From: a virus
Reading direction: 5' to 3' (one strand)
Virus record (IMG/VR): IMGVR_UViG_3300018080_000170
Location: 6,394-70,393 of that record
DNA: 64,000 bases
The notes beneath the pieces were generated by a model. The model saw only the letters and a list, made by a program, of their open reading frames with translations. It was not told where the DNA came from and did not search any database. Within the stretch, counting starts at the first letter, position 1; the number at the start of each line of letters is the position of its first letter. Both the position numbers and the translations under genes were made by a program. This document shows, piece after piece, positions 26,372-37,193 of the stretch.

Positions 26372-27145
26372 GTGGCTGTAATAAATAAAAAAATACCAAA
26401 AACAAAATCTTTTGATCCGACATTTAATACGATTTCGCTAAATCCTGCTAAAGCGAATCAAATGATTGAGGATCAAGGGGCTCGAGTTAGAGTATATCGT
26501 ACGGTATTGTGTCCGAATAGAAAGAGTATTGATTCTGCAGAACATGAGATTGATTGTCAGATCTGTCAAACAAAAGATGGCTTTATTGACCTTGAACCAG
26601 TTGAAACATGGGCATACATTGGTAATCAGGACCTAACAAAACAGTTTAATGAAGAAGGAGTATGGGACGAGCAGGGCGTCGTGATGACATTTCCAACAGG
26701 AATTGAAGTTTTTTACTGGGCTAAGATTGAAATGTTGGATTTCACAACGCCAATGATTGAACTAGTTCAACGTCAAGATGGAGATATTGACAATTTAAAA
26801 TATCCTGCACATTCGGTTAATGTGCTAATTGATATTGATGGAATTAGATATCATCAGGATACTGACTTTCAAGTTGGAGTAAATGGAAATATTCAATGGC
26901 TTGGAGCAAGAAGACCGGACAAAGGTAAGATTTATACGTTGCATTATAATTATCCGGTAACGTTTAGGGCTGTTAATGCTGTTCATATTAATCGATTTTC
27001 GCAGCTTGGAGCCAAACAGCCACATAAAGAGCCAATTGAGTTGCCACAACAGTGGAATTGTAAAAGAGATTTTTTGATTGAAAGAAAAGATTTAGATGAA
27101 AATCTATTGACACCTAACAAGATAATTAATGAGCAGAATCCATAA
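26372..27145 (+). CDS. Head closure/neck protein
   Basis: LCP...C..C motif; position in the neck module. Confidence 0.65.
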   Translation: MAVINKKIPKTKSFDPTFNTISLNPAKANQMIEDQGARVRVYRTVLCPNRKSIDSAEHEIDCQICQTKDGFIDLEPVETWAYIGNQDLTKQFNEEGVWDEQGVVMTFPTGIEVFYWAKIEMLDFTTPMIELVQRQDGDIDNLKYPAHSVNVLIDIDGIRYHQDTDFQVGVNGNIQWLGARRPDKGKIYTLHYNYPVTFRAVNAVHINRFSQLGAKQPHKEPIELPQQWNCKRDFLIERKDLDENLLTPNKIINEQNP

Positions 27146-27858
27146 TGGGAAAGAATATAAGCGTTGATTCAAAAGCAAAAGCGTTAGGAATAGATTTACG
27201 AACTGCGTCACAGAGAGCGATAAAACAACTTCAAAGTGCTTTAAAGCAAACAGCAACTGCGACGTATAATGAATTAGTAAGGAGAGCGCAAGATAAGCTG
27301 AAAACAACTCGAGATGATTACATAAATGCTTTGCATTGGGAGCAGATAGGTCCCGATTCGTACATTATTTATTTGGACGATACAATGGGACACGTAGAAG
27401 ATGGCTTTCCGACATTTGATATGAAGCCAGGTTTATTGAAGGGACCAAATGCTAAAACAACAAAGAAAGGAACACGCTACAATACGGTTCCTCAAACATA
27501 TAAGCCAAAGTCAAAGCAAGCAATTATGGCTCCCGGGCTGAGAGAGCAATTGCAAGAAGTAATTTCAGCTAATAAGTTGCAAAAAGTTTTTAAAGATAAG
27601 ACGACAGGAAGGCCGCTAGAAGGAATTGTTGCAACAGTTAAAGAGACGGGAATTGATAGATTAAAGGGATTGGTTAAAGTACAAAAGAGATACAAGGAGA
27701 GGACACAGAGTTTTTATATGACATTTAGAAGAGTGAGCGACAATAGCGATCCGGGTAAATGGATTCATCCAGGGTATAGTGGAGCTCATTTATTTCCTGA
27801 AGTTGAGAATTATTTAGAAAGACAAATAGAACAAATACTAAAGGCAATATTTGAATAA
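27145..27858 (+). CDS. Neck/tail completion protein
   Basis: FDMKPGLL and FRRVS.NS...W.HPG motifs; synteny. Confidence 0.65.
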   Translation: MGKNISVDSKAKALGIDLRTASQRAIKQLQSALKQTATATYNELVRRAQDKLKTTRDDYINALHWEQIGPDSYIIYLDDTMGHVEDGFPTFDMKPGLLKGPNAKTTKKGTRYNTVPQTYKPKSKQAIMAPGLREQLQEVISANKLQKVFKDKTTGRPLEGIVATVKETGIDRLKGLVKVQKRYKERTQSFYMTFRRVSDNSDPGKWIHPGYSGAHLFPEVENYLERQIEQILKAIFE

Positions 27859-28823
27859 TGGGCTTCATTTTCACAGATTTAGTTGTTGAATCAATCATCC
27901 GCGATGGGCTTGTTGATATGAAAAATAAACTTGCCACTAGCGATGATCAAGTGCCGGATGTATTTTCAGAGCTTTTAGCTTCTCACCTGTCAGTAAAATA
28001 CGGACAGGGCGAAATTGATTCAATTACGACAATGGTAACGGCTCAAGATACTATTCATGTTGTTCATTCATTTGCTCAAGTTGATACTAAAGTGCCTTGT
28101 ATTTCAATTCATTTAATGGATGCTTCAGAGGATGAAGCTCACGCTGTATTAGGAGACTTTGGAGAGAATCACGATTATTCAGCTGCACCTACAGAGTTTG
28201 TAAGTTCTTTTGATTGTGATAGTTATGACTCGGTAACAGGAATTGTTGATGCATCAACTGCTGATCCTAATCTTGCACCAATACGAAGAGGGCATATGTT
28301 TAAAGATGGTTCCGGAAATCAATATCAAATTCAAGGAGCCATTACTAACGAAAGTGGAAATAAAAAGTTTGGACTTGAAAAAGGATTAACTCTTAATTTA
28401 ACAGGATGTACAATTATTTCTCAGACCAATTTTCAGAGAAGAGAAGAGCAAACGATACCTGATAGAGAAAATGTTATGATTGGTATTCATACTGAGAATG
28501 CTCTTCAAACCAAGTGGCTGTACAATATTGTTAAATATATTCTATTATCTAGAAAGGATGACCTATATACGCGAGGATTGAGAATTACAGCTCTGGATGC
28601 TTCTGATTTTGGTTTTGATGTTAGTAAAATACCATCAAATATTTATACTAGATTTATAACGCTTAAGGCGCTAGTTTATCATAAATATGAAACGGGATTG
28701 GTTACTCTTGTTGATACCGTTGATTCCGTTGTTAGAACACAGCGTAGATCCGATCAACTGCCAAGAGAAAATGAAAACCAAATGACCGTAAGAACATTAG
28801 AAGATCCAGATTTAGAAAGCTAA
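27858..28823 (+). CDS. Tail terminator-like protein
   Basis: Position before the sheath; P.ISI.L...E pattern. Confidence 0.55.
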   Translation: MGFIFTDLVVESIIRDGLVDMKNKLATSDDQVPDVFSELLASHLSVKYGQGEIDSITTMVTAQDTIHVVHSFAQVDTKVPCISIHLMDASEDEAHAVLGDFGENHDYSAAPTEFVSSFDCDSYDSVTGIVDASTADPNLAPIRRGHMFKDGSGNQYQIQGAITNESGNKKFGLEKGLTLNLTGCTIISQTNFQRREEQTIPDRENVMIGIHTENALQTKWLYNIVKYILLSRKDDLYTRGLRITALDASDFGFDVSKIPSNIYTRFITLKALVYHKYETGLVTLVDTVDSVVRTQRRSDQLPRENENQMTVRTLEDPDLES

Positions 28824-28832
28824 GGATTAAAT

Positions 28833-29063
28833 ATGAAGAAGAAAAAAAGGAAAAATAAAAAGGAGAAGGTGATGAAAGATGAGCCAAAGCGCGATAAAGC
28901 CGCGGAGGTAATAAGTTTTGACAAGGCTTTTAGAATTTTTAAACTAAAAAATCCTCATGTTCGTTTGTGGGATAAAGAGTCGGTAAAAGTGTTTGTCGCG
29001 AAAAGAATGCCATCTTTGAAAGCCTCGCTAGAGGATTTTATTAAGATATTGAACAAGTATTAA
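28833..29063 (+). CDS. Small hypothetical protein
   Basis: ORF between terminator and sheath, as in SPO1-like phages. Confidence 0.55.
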   Translation: MKKKKRKNKKEKVMKDEPKRDKAAEVISFDKAFRIFKLKNPHVRLWDKESVKVFVAKRMPSLKASLEDFIKILNKY

Positions 29064-29085
29064 GGCGATAAAAAGGAGATTAACC

Positions 29086-31260
29086 ATGGCCATAATTAGG
29101 AATTTTAATGGAGCCTCGCTTAGAAAGCCGGGTGCGTATAGCGCGCTTAAGGTTACACTTGACGGCGGTTTACCTTCTGTTGCTGTTGGCATCGTCGGAA
29201 TCGTTGGAGAGTCTTCAAGAGGTGCTCCTGGTTCGTCTGACGGCGTAACAGAGTGGGATAGCACTCAGCTACCAGATTTGATTGAATATTACGGAAGCGG
29301 TCCTATTGTTGACGCTGCGATGGTGCTCGTTAATCCATCAAATGATGGAAGAGTTGCCAACGGAGCTAATAGGATTAAAGTGTATAAAGCCAACGCTTCT
29401 CTTCAAGCATCGCTAACACTAGCGGATAGCTTTGGAGATTTGAAAGCTGCCGCGTATGGAGCGGAAGGAAATTTGATTAGCGCTACAATTGAACAAGACT
29501 TGTCGGTTGTTGAGGCTACAACTCAGTCTAGTTCGGATATTGTTTTCACCGGGGACGAAACCGGTGCTCAGATCATTGTAAGAGAAAACGGTGAAGCTGC
29601 AAATACTTATACTGTGAGCGGAAATATGGCAGATATGGCAGCTTTGCTTGTTGACTTCAATAATGATGCAAATTGGACTTCGCCTCCAACCCTAACTGCG
29701 ACTAACGATAGTAACAAACTTATTATTACGCAGGATGCTGATGCTAATGAGCATAAGATTGGTGGCGGGAGAAGTTTTGAGATTATCAGTGCAGATCCGC
29801 TGTTTAATCTTGCAACCGGTCTTTTAACTCCCTCTCAAGAGCCGAATCGATCAATTCTTATTGAGAGACAGTCAGACGGAACTCAAGAAGATACAGATGA
29901 TTCGACCGGGCCTCTTGGCGGAGATATTTATATGGAAATTGGCTGCGATGCTACTACTTGCACTTTGACGATTAGTTCCACGCAGCTTACAACGGTTGCA
30001 GTGGGCGGTCCGTCGTCGCTGTCAATCGATTTAGCAGATTATTCTACGTTGAATGATCTAGCTTCTTTTATTGATTCTCAAGCTAGTTATAGCTGTTCAA
30101 TTCCTTCGGGAATTAATGGCGGTCTTTCGCCATCGGTTCTTGATAGAGTGAGCGCAGTTGGTATTGCATCAGGTGCGGCAAAGCCTGGAAGAGTTAAGGC
30201 AGATTCGTATTCTGTTGAGCAGTTTATTGTTCAGAGCTCACAGCTTACAGAACTTGAGCCTTCAAGCTCTAAAGGTCTTCCAGATGTGCTTAGTAAGACA
30301 TTTTTGTCGGGCGGGGCACTGGGAGCGTCGGCAAGCTCTGATTTCTCTGCTGGATTTACTGCTATGGAGTCAGAGAGAATTAATATGCTGATTCCTTTGA
30401 TCTCACAAGATGCTTCTGATGATATTGTTGAAGACGCGTCAATTACCGATGCGGGTTCTTCATATGATATTGAATCGGTTCAAGTGGCTGCTCTTAATCA
30501 TGCTAAAAAGATGGGCAATACACAAAATCGGAGCGAGAGACAGGTGTATGTTGGATATCGCGGAACGTTTGAAGAGTGTAAAGCTCAATCACTTTCATTG
30601 AATAGTGAGCTAGTTTCTCTTGCGTTGCAAGATGTTCAGGTTGTTGATAATAGTGGTGAGCTGATTTTTAAACAGCCGCATATTCTTGCATGTCTAGTGG
30701 CCGGAATGCAAGCTGGTGCGGAAATTGGCGAACCAGCTACTTTCAAATATATTAATGCTTTTGGCATTCAACATCTTAAGAAGCAGGGAGTTACGCCGAG
30801 CTCTCTTGAGCTGTTTGATCCTGCCAAGCAATTTAACCAAGCTATTGACAATGGGCTTTTGATTGTTGAAAAGCCGTCTTCGGGCGGAATTAGGGTTGTG
30901 GTTCACAATTCCACATACTCCAAGGATGATAACTTTGTCTACAACAGACCGTCAGTGCTTGGAGCCGCTTTTTATGTGGCTTTTGATCTCAGGGATTATC
31001 TTGAGAATATCTTCATTGGAACAAAAGCTCGAACAGGCAGCGCAGAGAGTATTGCTAACGCAGTAAAATCTAGAATGACTGGTTATTTGAGGGAGGATAT
31101 TATTGTCGGAGACGATACTAATGATGGATTGGGGTATAAGGCCCTGACAGTCACTCTTATTGGAAATACAGCCTATGTAGACGTAACTATTACGCCTGTG
31201 CAAGGTATTGATTTCATTCTTGCAACAATTAGGCTTGATAACATTAGACAGTCAGCATAA
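29086..31260 (+). CDS. Tail sheath protein
   Basis: N-terminal PGAYS, G.S..G.P, and C-terminal TPVQGIDFIL; 724 aa. Confidence 0.9.
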   Translation: MAIIRNFNGASLRKPGAYSALKVTLDGGLPSVAVGIVGIVGESSRGAPGSSDGVTEWDSTQLPDLIEYYGSGPIVDAAMVLVNPSNDGRVANGANRIKVYKANASLQASLTLADSFGDLKAAAYGAEGNLISATIEQDLSVVEATTQSSSDIVFTGDETGAQIIVRENGEAANTYTVSGNMADMAALLVDFNNDANWTSPPTLTATNDSNKLIITQDADANEHKIGGGRSFEIISADPLFNLATGLLTPSQEPNRSILIERQSDGTQEDTDDSTGPLGGDIYMEIGCDATTCTLTISSTQLTTVAVGGPSSLSIDLADYSTLNDLASFIDSQASYSCSIPSGINGGLSPSVLDRVSAVGIASGAAKPGRVKADSYSVEQFIVQSSQLTELEPSSSKGLPDVLSKTFLSGGALGASASSDFSAGFTAMESERINMLIPLISQDASDDIVEDASITDAGSSYDIESVQVAALNHAKKMGNTQNRSERQVYVGYRGTFEECKAQSLSLNSELVSLALQDVQVVDNSGELIFKQPHILACLVAGMQAGAEIGEPATFKYINAFGIQHLKKQGVTPSSLELFDPAKQFNQAIDNGLLIVEKPSSGGIRVVVHNSTYSKDDNFVYNRPSVLGAAFYVAFDLRDYLENIFIGTKARTGSAESIANAVKSRMTGYLREDIIVGDDTNDGLGYKALTVTLIGNTAYVDVTITPVQGIDFILATIRLDNIRQSA

Positions 31261-31275
31261 TAAAAGGAGAGTATA

Positions 31276-31689
31276 ATGTCAATTGTTACAACTGGTGCAA
31301 GAGCTATTTTCAAAATCAACGGTGAGAAAGTAGTTTATGCCTCTAATTGCAACTATAACATCAATCATACTCTTCAGCCAATTGATGTGCTAGATAGAAT
31401 CGAACCCATTGAGCAGGCTGAGACTGGGTATACGGTTGATTTTAGTTGTACAACGTTTCGAGTTGCGAACTCTTCGGCTGTTAATTTAGGAATTCAACCT
31501 AAGTTGGCTGAGATTTTGCAACAGCCCGAACTTACGGCTGAAATTATTGATAGTCAAACCGAAACAACGCTTCTTCTTGTTGAGCGAGTGAAAATGACTA
31601 CTCGCTCCGGCACGGTTGATGCCCGAGGCGTTTTTACTGAGACTTGGAATTTTATTGGCATTAAAGCTTCTGATGAAGCTGGTCAATAA
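31276..31689 (+). CDS. Tail tube protein
   Basis: 137 aa, directly after the sheath; TGARA..KING motif. Confidence 0.85.
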   Translation: MSIVTTGARAIFKINGEKVVYASNCNYNINHTLQPIDVLDRIEPIEQAETGYTVDFSCTTFRVANSSAVNLGIQPKLAEILQQPELTAEIIDSQTETTLLLVERVKMTTRSGTVDARGVFTETWNFIGIKASDEAGQ

Positions 31690-31742
31690 GCACGTTATGT
31701 GCGGATGGATTCGTGGATGTAGAAAGGGTGGAAGTCTACATC
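31690..31742 (+). other. Two hairpins after the tube gene (attenuator or mRNA-stability element)
   Basis: GCAC/GTGC and GATGTAGA/TCTACATC. Confidence 0.4.
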
Positions 31743-31769
31743 AAAAACTAAAATAAAAAGGATAATATA

Positions 31770-32174
31770 ATGGCTAATAAAAGCGATAAGACTATCTCTT
31801 CGCTTCCTTCAATGGAACATACCTTCCATATATCTGTTGTTGGAGAAGATACTAAGCAGATGTATAAAGGGGATTTTACCTACCGTAAGCCTACATTGGG
31901 AGATAGAGCCAAGTCTCAAGTTATGCGCACTCGTTTAGATGGCGACTTGGAAAATCTCGATCCCAATATCCAAGCATTTCATTCAATGGTATCAATTTTA
32001 AGACACACTTTGGTCAAAAGCCCATCGTGGTGGATTGAATCAGATTATGGTTACGAGCTTCATGACCTTAACGTTGTTTCAGAAGTGTATAAAGAAACAT
32101 TAAGGTTTGAGAAAGAATGGGCGGATAAGGTTTATGGAAAAGACGAGGAAGACAAAAAAGATAAGTCTGCGTAA
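31770..32174 (+). CDS. Tail assembly chaperone
   Basis: G.F..R.PT..D and P.WW pattern; between tube and tape measure. Confidence 0.75.
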   Translation: MANKSDKTISSLPSMEHTFHISVVGEDTKQMYKGDFTYRKPTLGDRAKSQVMRTRLDGDLENLDPNIQAFHSMVSILRHTLVKSPSWWIESDYGYELHDLNVVSEVYKETLRFEKEWADKVYGKDEEDKKDKSA

Positions 32175-32523
32175 TATTCAACGCATTGCATACAATCAGC
32201 TCCGCAAAGATCCTACAACTCTTGAGGAATTAGAGCAGTTTTTGAAAGATTGGTGGAGCGATAAGTATAATTTGCCCGACAATCACCCTCTTCTTTTGGA
32301 AAAAACTCTCGAAGAGCTAATGATTATGTACTACAAAGATGTCTATAAAGATAAGGATAGTCAAGCATTAAAACAATTTGAAGAAGAAGAGGGAATCAAA
32401 AAGAGCGACGAGGATTGGTTTAAAAAGCAAATGGGGAACAAAGATTATAACGAAAGTAAAACATTGAATTCATCAAAAGACGAAAATGAATTTGAAGAAA
32501 AGTTTGATACCCTTGGAGAGTAA
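32107..32523 (+). CDS. Second tail chaperone ORF, possibly a frameshift extension
   Basis: Overlaps the first in the +1 frame; WW..KYNLP..HP motif; no well-spaced RBS. Confidence 0.6.
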   Translation: MRKNGRIRFMEKTRKTKKISLRNIQRIAYNQLRKDPTTLEELEQFLKDWWSDKYNLPDNHPLLLEKTLEELMIMYYKDVYKDKDSQALKQFEEEEGIKKSDEDWFKKQMGNKDYNESKTLNSSKDENEFEEKFDTLGE

Positions 32524-34613
32524 TGCCTAGAACTGAACATACACTATTAATCAAAGGTGATTTTAAAGACTTTCAAACTAAGTTTGATGGTCTTACAAGT
32601 CAGCTAGATGCGTTTAGCAAAAAAGAGCTTGGCGTAAACCTTAAGACCGATTCTCTTGATTTCTTTAAGAAAAGCAGCAAAGAGACTCTTGAAGAGCTCA
32701 AGAGAATGCAAAAAATTACTGGCGATGTGATCGATGAGCTTGTCGACAAAATAAAGAATGCTAAAACACCAGAGGAATTTGCTAGGCTTAACCAACAGTT
32801 GGTTCGAACAAAACGTCTCGCTGGTCAAGTTGGAAAAGAGATTGCTAACTGGGAGAAGCCCGGTCGTAATGTCGCTGGAATGTTAAGAGGTCTTGCTGGT
32901 TCAATGGGCGGTGGTGGCGGAGCTGGAATGGGAATTTTAAGTAAGCTTGGAATAGTTGGAGCAGCTTTAGCGGTTCCTTTAGCAGCATTTGGAGGAGCCT
33001 ACGCAATGGGAGCCCCGAGAAGAGCTATTGCTCCTCAGAATTTGGCAATGATGGGTATGGGAGGTCCGCGAACTCGAGGCGGCCTAGAGGCTGTTAGAGA
33101 GCAAGGACTTCAGTTCGGTTTCGGCCCCCAGCAAACAATTCAGCAGCAGATGATGGGAATGAGAGCAATGGGGGAAGGATTTCGAGCCGCTCCATTTCAA
33201 AGACTTGGAAGAATGACTGGATTTTCGCCTGAAGATTTAATGGGAGTCGGAGGGGGCTTCAGACAGGCTGGAATGCAAGCGTTTCAAATTCCACAGGCGG
33301 TTGAAGATATGTATGTTCGAGCTATTGCCGAAGGATTTGATCAAGCTCGAGCTATTGATTTTTTGAAAGCAATTTCTGATCATACTGCAACTCTTGCGGC
33401 TGCAGGCGGAGTGAGTCCTAAGGCTATTGCCGATATTCTTGGCGATTTTATGGCCGGATCTGACTTCTTTACTCAGAATGCTCAACGCGGGCTGACAGCA
33501 ATGGCTGGAATTTCACAGGCGATGTCTGGAACGGGTCCAATGTCAGCTGTTCAGTTTAGGTCTTTGGCCAGGTTGATGCCTGAAGCTACAATGACTGATC
33601 TATTATATGCTCAGCAATTTAGGCTGGAGGAATTAGGAGAGCAGAGGCCTGGAGATTTGCCAGGAGCGCAGGAAGTTTTGAGTTCATTTTTGGATGCTTT
33701 AAGTACAACGGTAACTGGTAAAACATTACAAGGGGCAAGTGAAGAAGACATTAGAAGACTTGTTCCTGTGTTTAGAAAACAATTTGGATTTTCAGCTACG
33801 CTAGCAGAAGAGGTAATAAGAGCTAAAGCCGTTCCAGGCGGTAAATTAGACGAGGAAACACAGAGAAAAATCAAGATAGAGCAAAAAAATGCTAATGCTA
33901 AGTTGGGCGACGTGATGGGAAGTATTGATGCTCAAACAGAAATTCAAAAGGCAAGATTGTCAGAGTTAGTTTTAGATATTGGAGATGGCTTAGTCCCTAT
34001 GACAGCTCAAATTCAGAAGGGCGTTTGGGGAATTTTTGATTTATTGGCGAAAAAATTTGGGGTTCCAGAAGGAGTTGATGTTCAAAGAGAACGCGTTGAA
34101 TTTGCTGAGAGCGAAAGACAATTTTTACTTAAGCGTATTAAAACGGGCCGAGCATCTCAAACAGAGAGACAGAGATTTGAAGAACTTACTAAGAAAAGAA
34201 TTGCGTTTTATAGCGAAAGAGCTCATCAGTTAAGATCACCGAAAACAGAGATGGCCGAATGGGAAGCCGATATGCCTGCTTATGGAATGGGAATCGGTGG
34301 CCCCACAGCCGAAATTACTAGGCCTCCTTCTCGGGCAGAATTAGCTCAGGCGAAAAAAGAAGGAACTCAATCAGTTCAAGCTCAACGCGATTTAATTGCT
34401 GCTCAAAAAGCATATGCTGAAAGTCATAGAAAAGCAGCTAAAGCAGTTGATGAGCACGCTGAATCTTCAGTTAGAGCTAAAAGAAAAATGGACAGAGCGG
34501 GTCGTAGAGGTAGAAGAGTTAGTCCAACTGTTCGCGTTACTAGCGCAGCTGATGAAGATCTTATTGATATTAGAGACGTAGGAAACATAGATAGCGTGGA
34601 TACAAATGACTAA
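32523..34613 (+). CDS. Tape measure protein
   Basis: Helical, A/G/M/Q-rich, 696 aa, after the chaperones. Confidence 0.75.
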   Translation: MPRTEHTLLIKGDFKDFQTKFDGLTSQLDAFSKKELGVNLKTDSLDFFKKSSKETLEELKRMQKITGDVIDELVDKIKNAKTPEEFARLNQQLVRTKRLAGQVGKEIANWEKPGRNVAGMLRGLAGSMGGGGGAGMGILSKLGIVGAALAVPLAAFGGAYAMGAPRRAIAPQNLAMMGMGGPRTRGGLEAVREQGLQFGFGPQQTIQQQMMGMRAMGEGFRAAPFQRLGRMTGFSPEDLMGVGGGFRQAGMQAFQIPQAVEDMYVRAIAEGFDQARAIDFLKAISDHTATLAAAGGVSPKAIADILGDFMAGSDFFTQNAQRGLTAMAGISQAMSGTGPMSAVQFRSLARLMPEATMTDLLYAQQFRLEELGEQRPGDLPGAQEVLSSFLDALSTTVTGKTLQGASEEDIRRLVPVFRKQFGFSATLAEEVIRAKAVPGGKLDEETQRKIKIEQKNANAKLGDVMGSIDAQTEIQKARLSELVLDIGDGLVPMTAQIQKGVWGIFDLLAKKFGVPEGVDVQRERVEFAESERQFLLKRIKTGRASQTERQRFEELTKKRIAFYSERAHQLRSPKTEMAEWEADMPAYGMGIGGPTAEITRPPSRAELAQAKKEGTQSVQAQRDLIAAQKAYAESHRKAAKAVDEHAESSVRAKRKMDRAGRRGRRVSPTVRVTSAADEDLIDIRDVGNIDSVDTND

Positions 34614-36072
34614 TATTAAGTCAACAAGATCGGCTTGTGTTTTGAGAGTATTTTCCTATATAAATGCACTCCCTGTTAAAACCGATCGCACTGAAACAAT
34701 AACAAAAGATCTTTTAGATACGACTGAGCATGTAATATCAAAAGGGATTATAAGCTGTTCAATCAGCAGATCAAAAGGAGCAGCATCGGCTACATTTAGT
34801 GTTACTCTAAAGCTAGTTAATGATTATAAAAAGATGTTTAGACCCGGAGATTGGGTTTTAATATATTTAGATAAAGCAAGCGAAATTGATCTTAAAAGTG
34901 GGACTAATAAAGGACTTAAGCTCATAGGGAACATTGATAGAATCTCAACATCTAGATCAGTAGCAGATAATGGAGCAATTATTGAGACGTGCAGGATTGA
35001 TGGTCGAGATATTGGAAAAATATTTGAAAAAACTCAGTTATTTTATGATTCTACTTTAGCCGATGAGTCCTTGCAAAGAGTGATTTTGTTTGCAACAGCA
35101 TTGGTGAAAAGTGGGAATCCTCAAGATTTTGTTAATGTTTATCTTGATTTGTTTCTTGGTAAGGGCGCAAAAGAATTCTTAGCCGACTCTTCAAAAAGTC
35201 CAGTTTTGTTTCAGATGCTAATGCCCCCAAAAGTATATAGAGTTTTAAAAGGAGGAGAAAGAACAAAGTTTACTGTTACAGCATTTTATGACATTTTGAA
35301 ACGAGAGTTTGATGACTACTCAAAAGAAGGATTTTCAGTAGGGAAAGATGTTGGAAAAGATTTAGTTGGGAATTTGTGGCAATTAATTCAACAGGGATGT
35401 AACTCGATTGTTAATGAAATATACCTTGATACAAAAACTCGCGACGATTCAGTCGTTCCAGTCTTAACCATGAGACAAATTCCCATGACTAAGAATGAAT
35501 TAGTTGCGCTATCAAAAAATGGCATTTTTGTGTCAGAGAAAGATATTTTAACCGATGATCTTGGCTTTAGTGATCATGAAAAATATAACTATTTGATTAT
35601 TAGAGATGGTCAGAATTTTTTACCTAATCAAACATATTTAATTAATGCACGAAAGAAAAAGCTTCCAGTTGTTGATATTGATTCTCTAAAGAGATATGGA
35701 CTTAATCGCGTTGATAGGACTACTGAGTATGCTCTTCACGATAGGAGAAATAAAAAGGAGGCCGGTTTTAGTAATTTTAGTTTAATAGGAAAATGGGCAG
35801 AAAGAATTAGTGAATATTGGTTTGGCTACCATAAATATGAAACTGGAACTATTATTATAGAAGATCGTACTGATTTTGAAGTAGGAGAGTTTATCAGAAT
35901 TTATGATAGAAATAGAATGTATATGGTAGAGGGGTATAGTTATAATTGGAATTTCTTAGAGCCTATTATAACAACTTTACAAGTTACACATGGAATGATG
36001 ACTAACGGAGACTATATTGAAAAAGATTCCACAGACCCAAATTTACCTCCGTTAATTATCACGGATGATTAA
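34606..36072 (+). CDS. Baseplate hub protein
   Basis: PGDWV.I...G.IDR...GRD.GK pattern; synteny. Confidence 0.65.
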   Translation: MTNIKSTRSACVLRVFSYINALPVKTDRTETITKDLLDTTEHVISKGIISCSISRSKGAASATFSVTLKLVNDYKKMFRPGDWVLIYLDKASEIDLKSGTNKGLKLIGNIDRISTSRSVADNGAIIETCRIDGRDIGKIFEKTQLFYDSTLADESLQRVILFATALVKSGNPQDFVNVYLDLFLGKGAKEFLADSSKSPVLFQMLMPPKVYRVLKGGERTKFTVTAFYDILKREFDDYSKEGFSVGKDVGKDLVGNLWQLIQQGCNSIVNEIYLDTKTRDDSVVPVLTMRQIPMTKNELVALSKNGIFVSEKDILTDDLGFSDHEKYNYLIIRDGQNFLPNQTYLINARKKKLPVVDIDSLKRYGLNRVDRTTEYALHDRRNKKEAGFSNFSLIGKWAERISEYWFGYHKYETGTIIIEDRTDFEVGEFIRIYDRNRMYMVEGYSYNWNFLEPIITTLQVTHGMMTNGDYIEKDSTDPNLPPLIITDD

Positions 36073-36074
36073 AA

Positions 36075-37187
36075 ATGAAAATATTACCAGACGGTACAGT
36101 AGTTTCAAGTAATACAATTGCCGGACAAAGATCTGGAAATAGAAAACTGTACAAAAATTTTAAAATTGAAAAAGCGATTATTGTTGATGTAATGTATGCG
36201 GGCGAGAAAAGGAATTTATACGGCTTGGGGACCGAATATGATGTTTTGATTGTTAATGGCCCTAGGGAAGGCGAGAGGCTGACAAATGTTTTATCAATAA
36301 ATTCTTTTGGAGGCCTTAACAATTTTTGTGAGTGGGTATACAACAAGCGAAAAGTTAATTATCACGGAAATAAAAATACTATCGATACTCCTAGTGAGGA
36401 ATTTGACAATGCATATGTGATTGTTGGTTTTCTTGGAGGTCATTATAATTCGGCCGTTATTCTTGGAGGTTATCCTCATCCAGGGAATACTGTTGAAAAA
36501 CCTCAGAGAAGTGATGGTGAGATTTTGGTGGGGGAATTTAATGGTCTCCGATGGAAAATTAATGATGATGGAGAGTTGATTATTACATATTATGGCGGCA
36601 AGAGAGACTCAAAAAACCCCCACACTCCAATACGAGACGACACCGCCCCTACAGAGATCAAGATTGATAAAGATGGAAAGTTGTTTGTTTCTGACAATAA
36701 AGATCAAAAAATTCTAATTGATAGAGTTAGTGAGACAATTCGCATTGAGAATCCAGAAGCTTTTATTCAACTAGATATTCCTAATAAAACTATTGAAGTT
36801 AACGCAAATCAAGATGTCAAAAATATATCTGGTGAACAACAAATTAACGAGGTAGGAACAAGCGAAACCAATACTATTGGTGAAAATCAAAACACTACGG
36901 TTGGAGGAACCAAAGAGACAACTGTAGAAGGGACACATACTGAAACTGTAAAAGATAATGTAACTAATAATTATCAAAAGGATGTTACTGAAACAATAGG
37001 ACAAAAGTGGCAAATTAATATTACAGGGGATGTTGATCTTAATAGTGGGGGAAAGGTTACAATTGATGCAAGTAGTAATGTTGAAATTCAAGGAAATAGC
37101 AAGGATGTCGTTACTACTGGAAGCTATGATCCCTTTTTAATGGCTCCTCATGTCCAGGGATATAATAAAATAAAAGCCGGAGGGTAA
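36075..37187 (+). CDS. Baseplate central spike (gpV/gp5-like)
   Basis: OB-like V.VGFL.G...AVILG motif followed by 8-residue beta-helix repeats (ETNTIGEN, QNTTVGGT, KETTVEGT). Confidence 0.8.
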   Translation: MKILPDGTVVSSNTIAGQRSGNRKLYKNFKIEKAIIVDVMYAGEKRNLYGLGTEYDVLIVNGPREGERLTNVLSINSFGGLNNFCEWVYNKRKVNYHGNKNTIDTPSEEFDNAYVIVGFLGGHYNSAVILGGYPHPGNTVEKPQRSDGEILVGEFNGLRWKINDDGELIITYYGGKRDSKNPHTPIRDDTAPTEIKIDKDGKLFVSDNKDQKILIDRVSETIRIENPEAFIQLDIPNKTIEVNANQDVKNISGEQQINEVGTSETNTIGENQNTTVGGTKETTVEGTHTETVKDNVTNNYQKDVTETIGQKWQINITGDVDLNSGGKVTIDASSNVEIQGNSKDVVTTGSYDPFLMAPHVQGYNKIKAGG

Positions 37188-37193
37188 AATAAA

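Noticed and set aside
23360-31278. GTATAATG at the starts of 23367 and 31276 as promoters
   Set aside because: The hexamer overlaps the ATG and is simply the RBS-start spacer.
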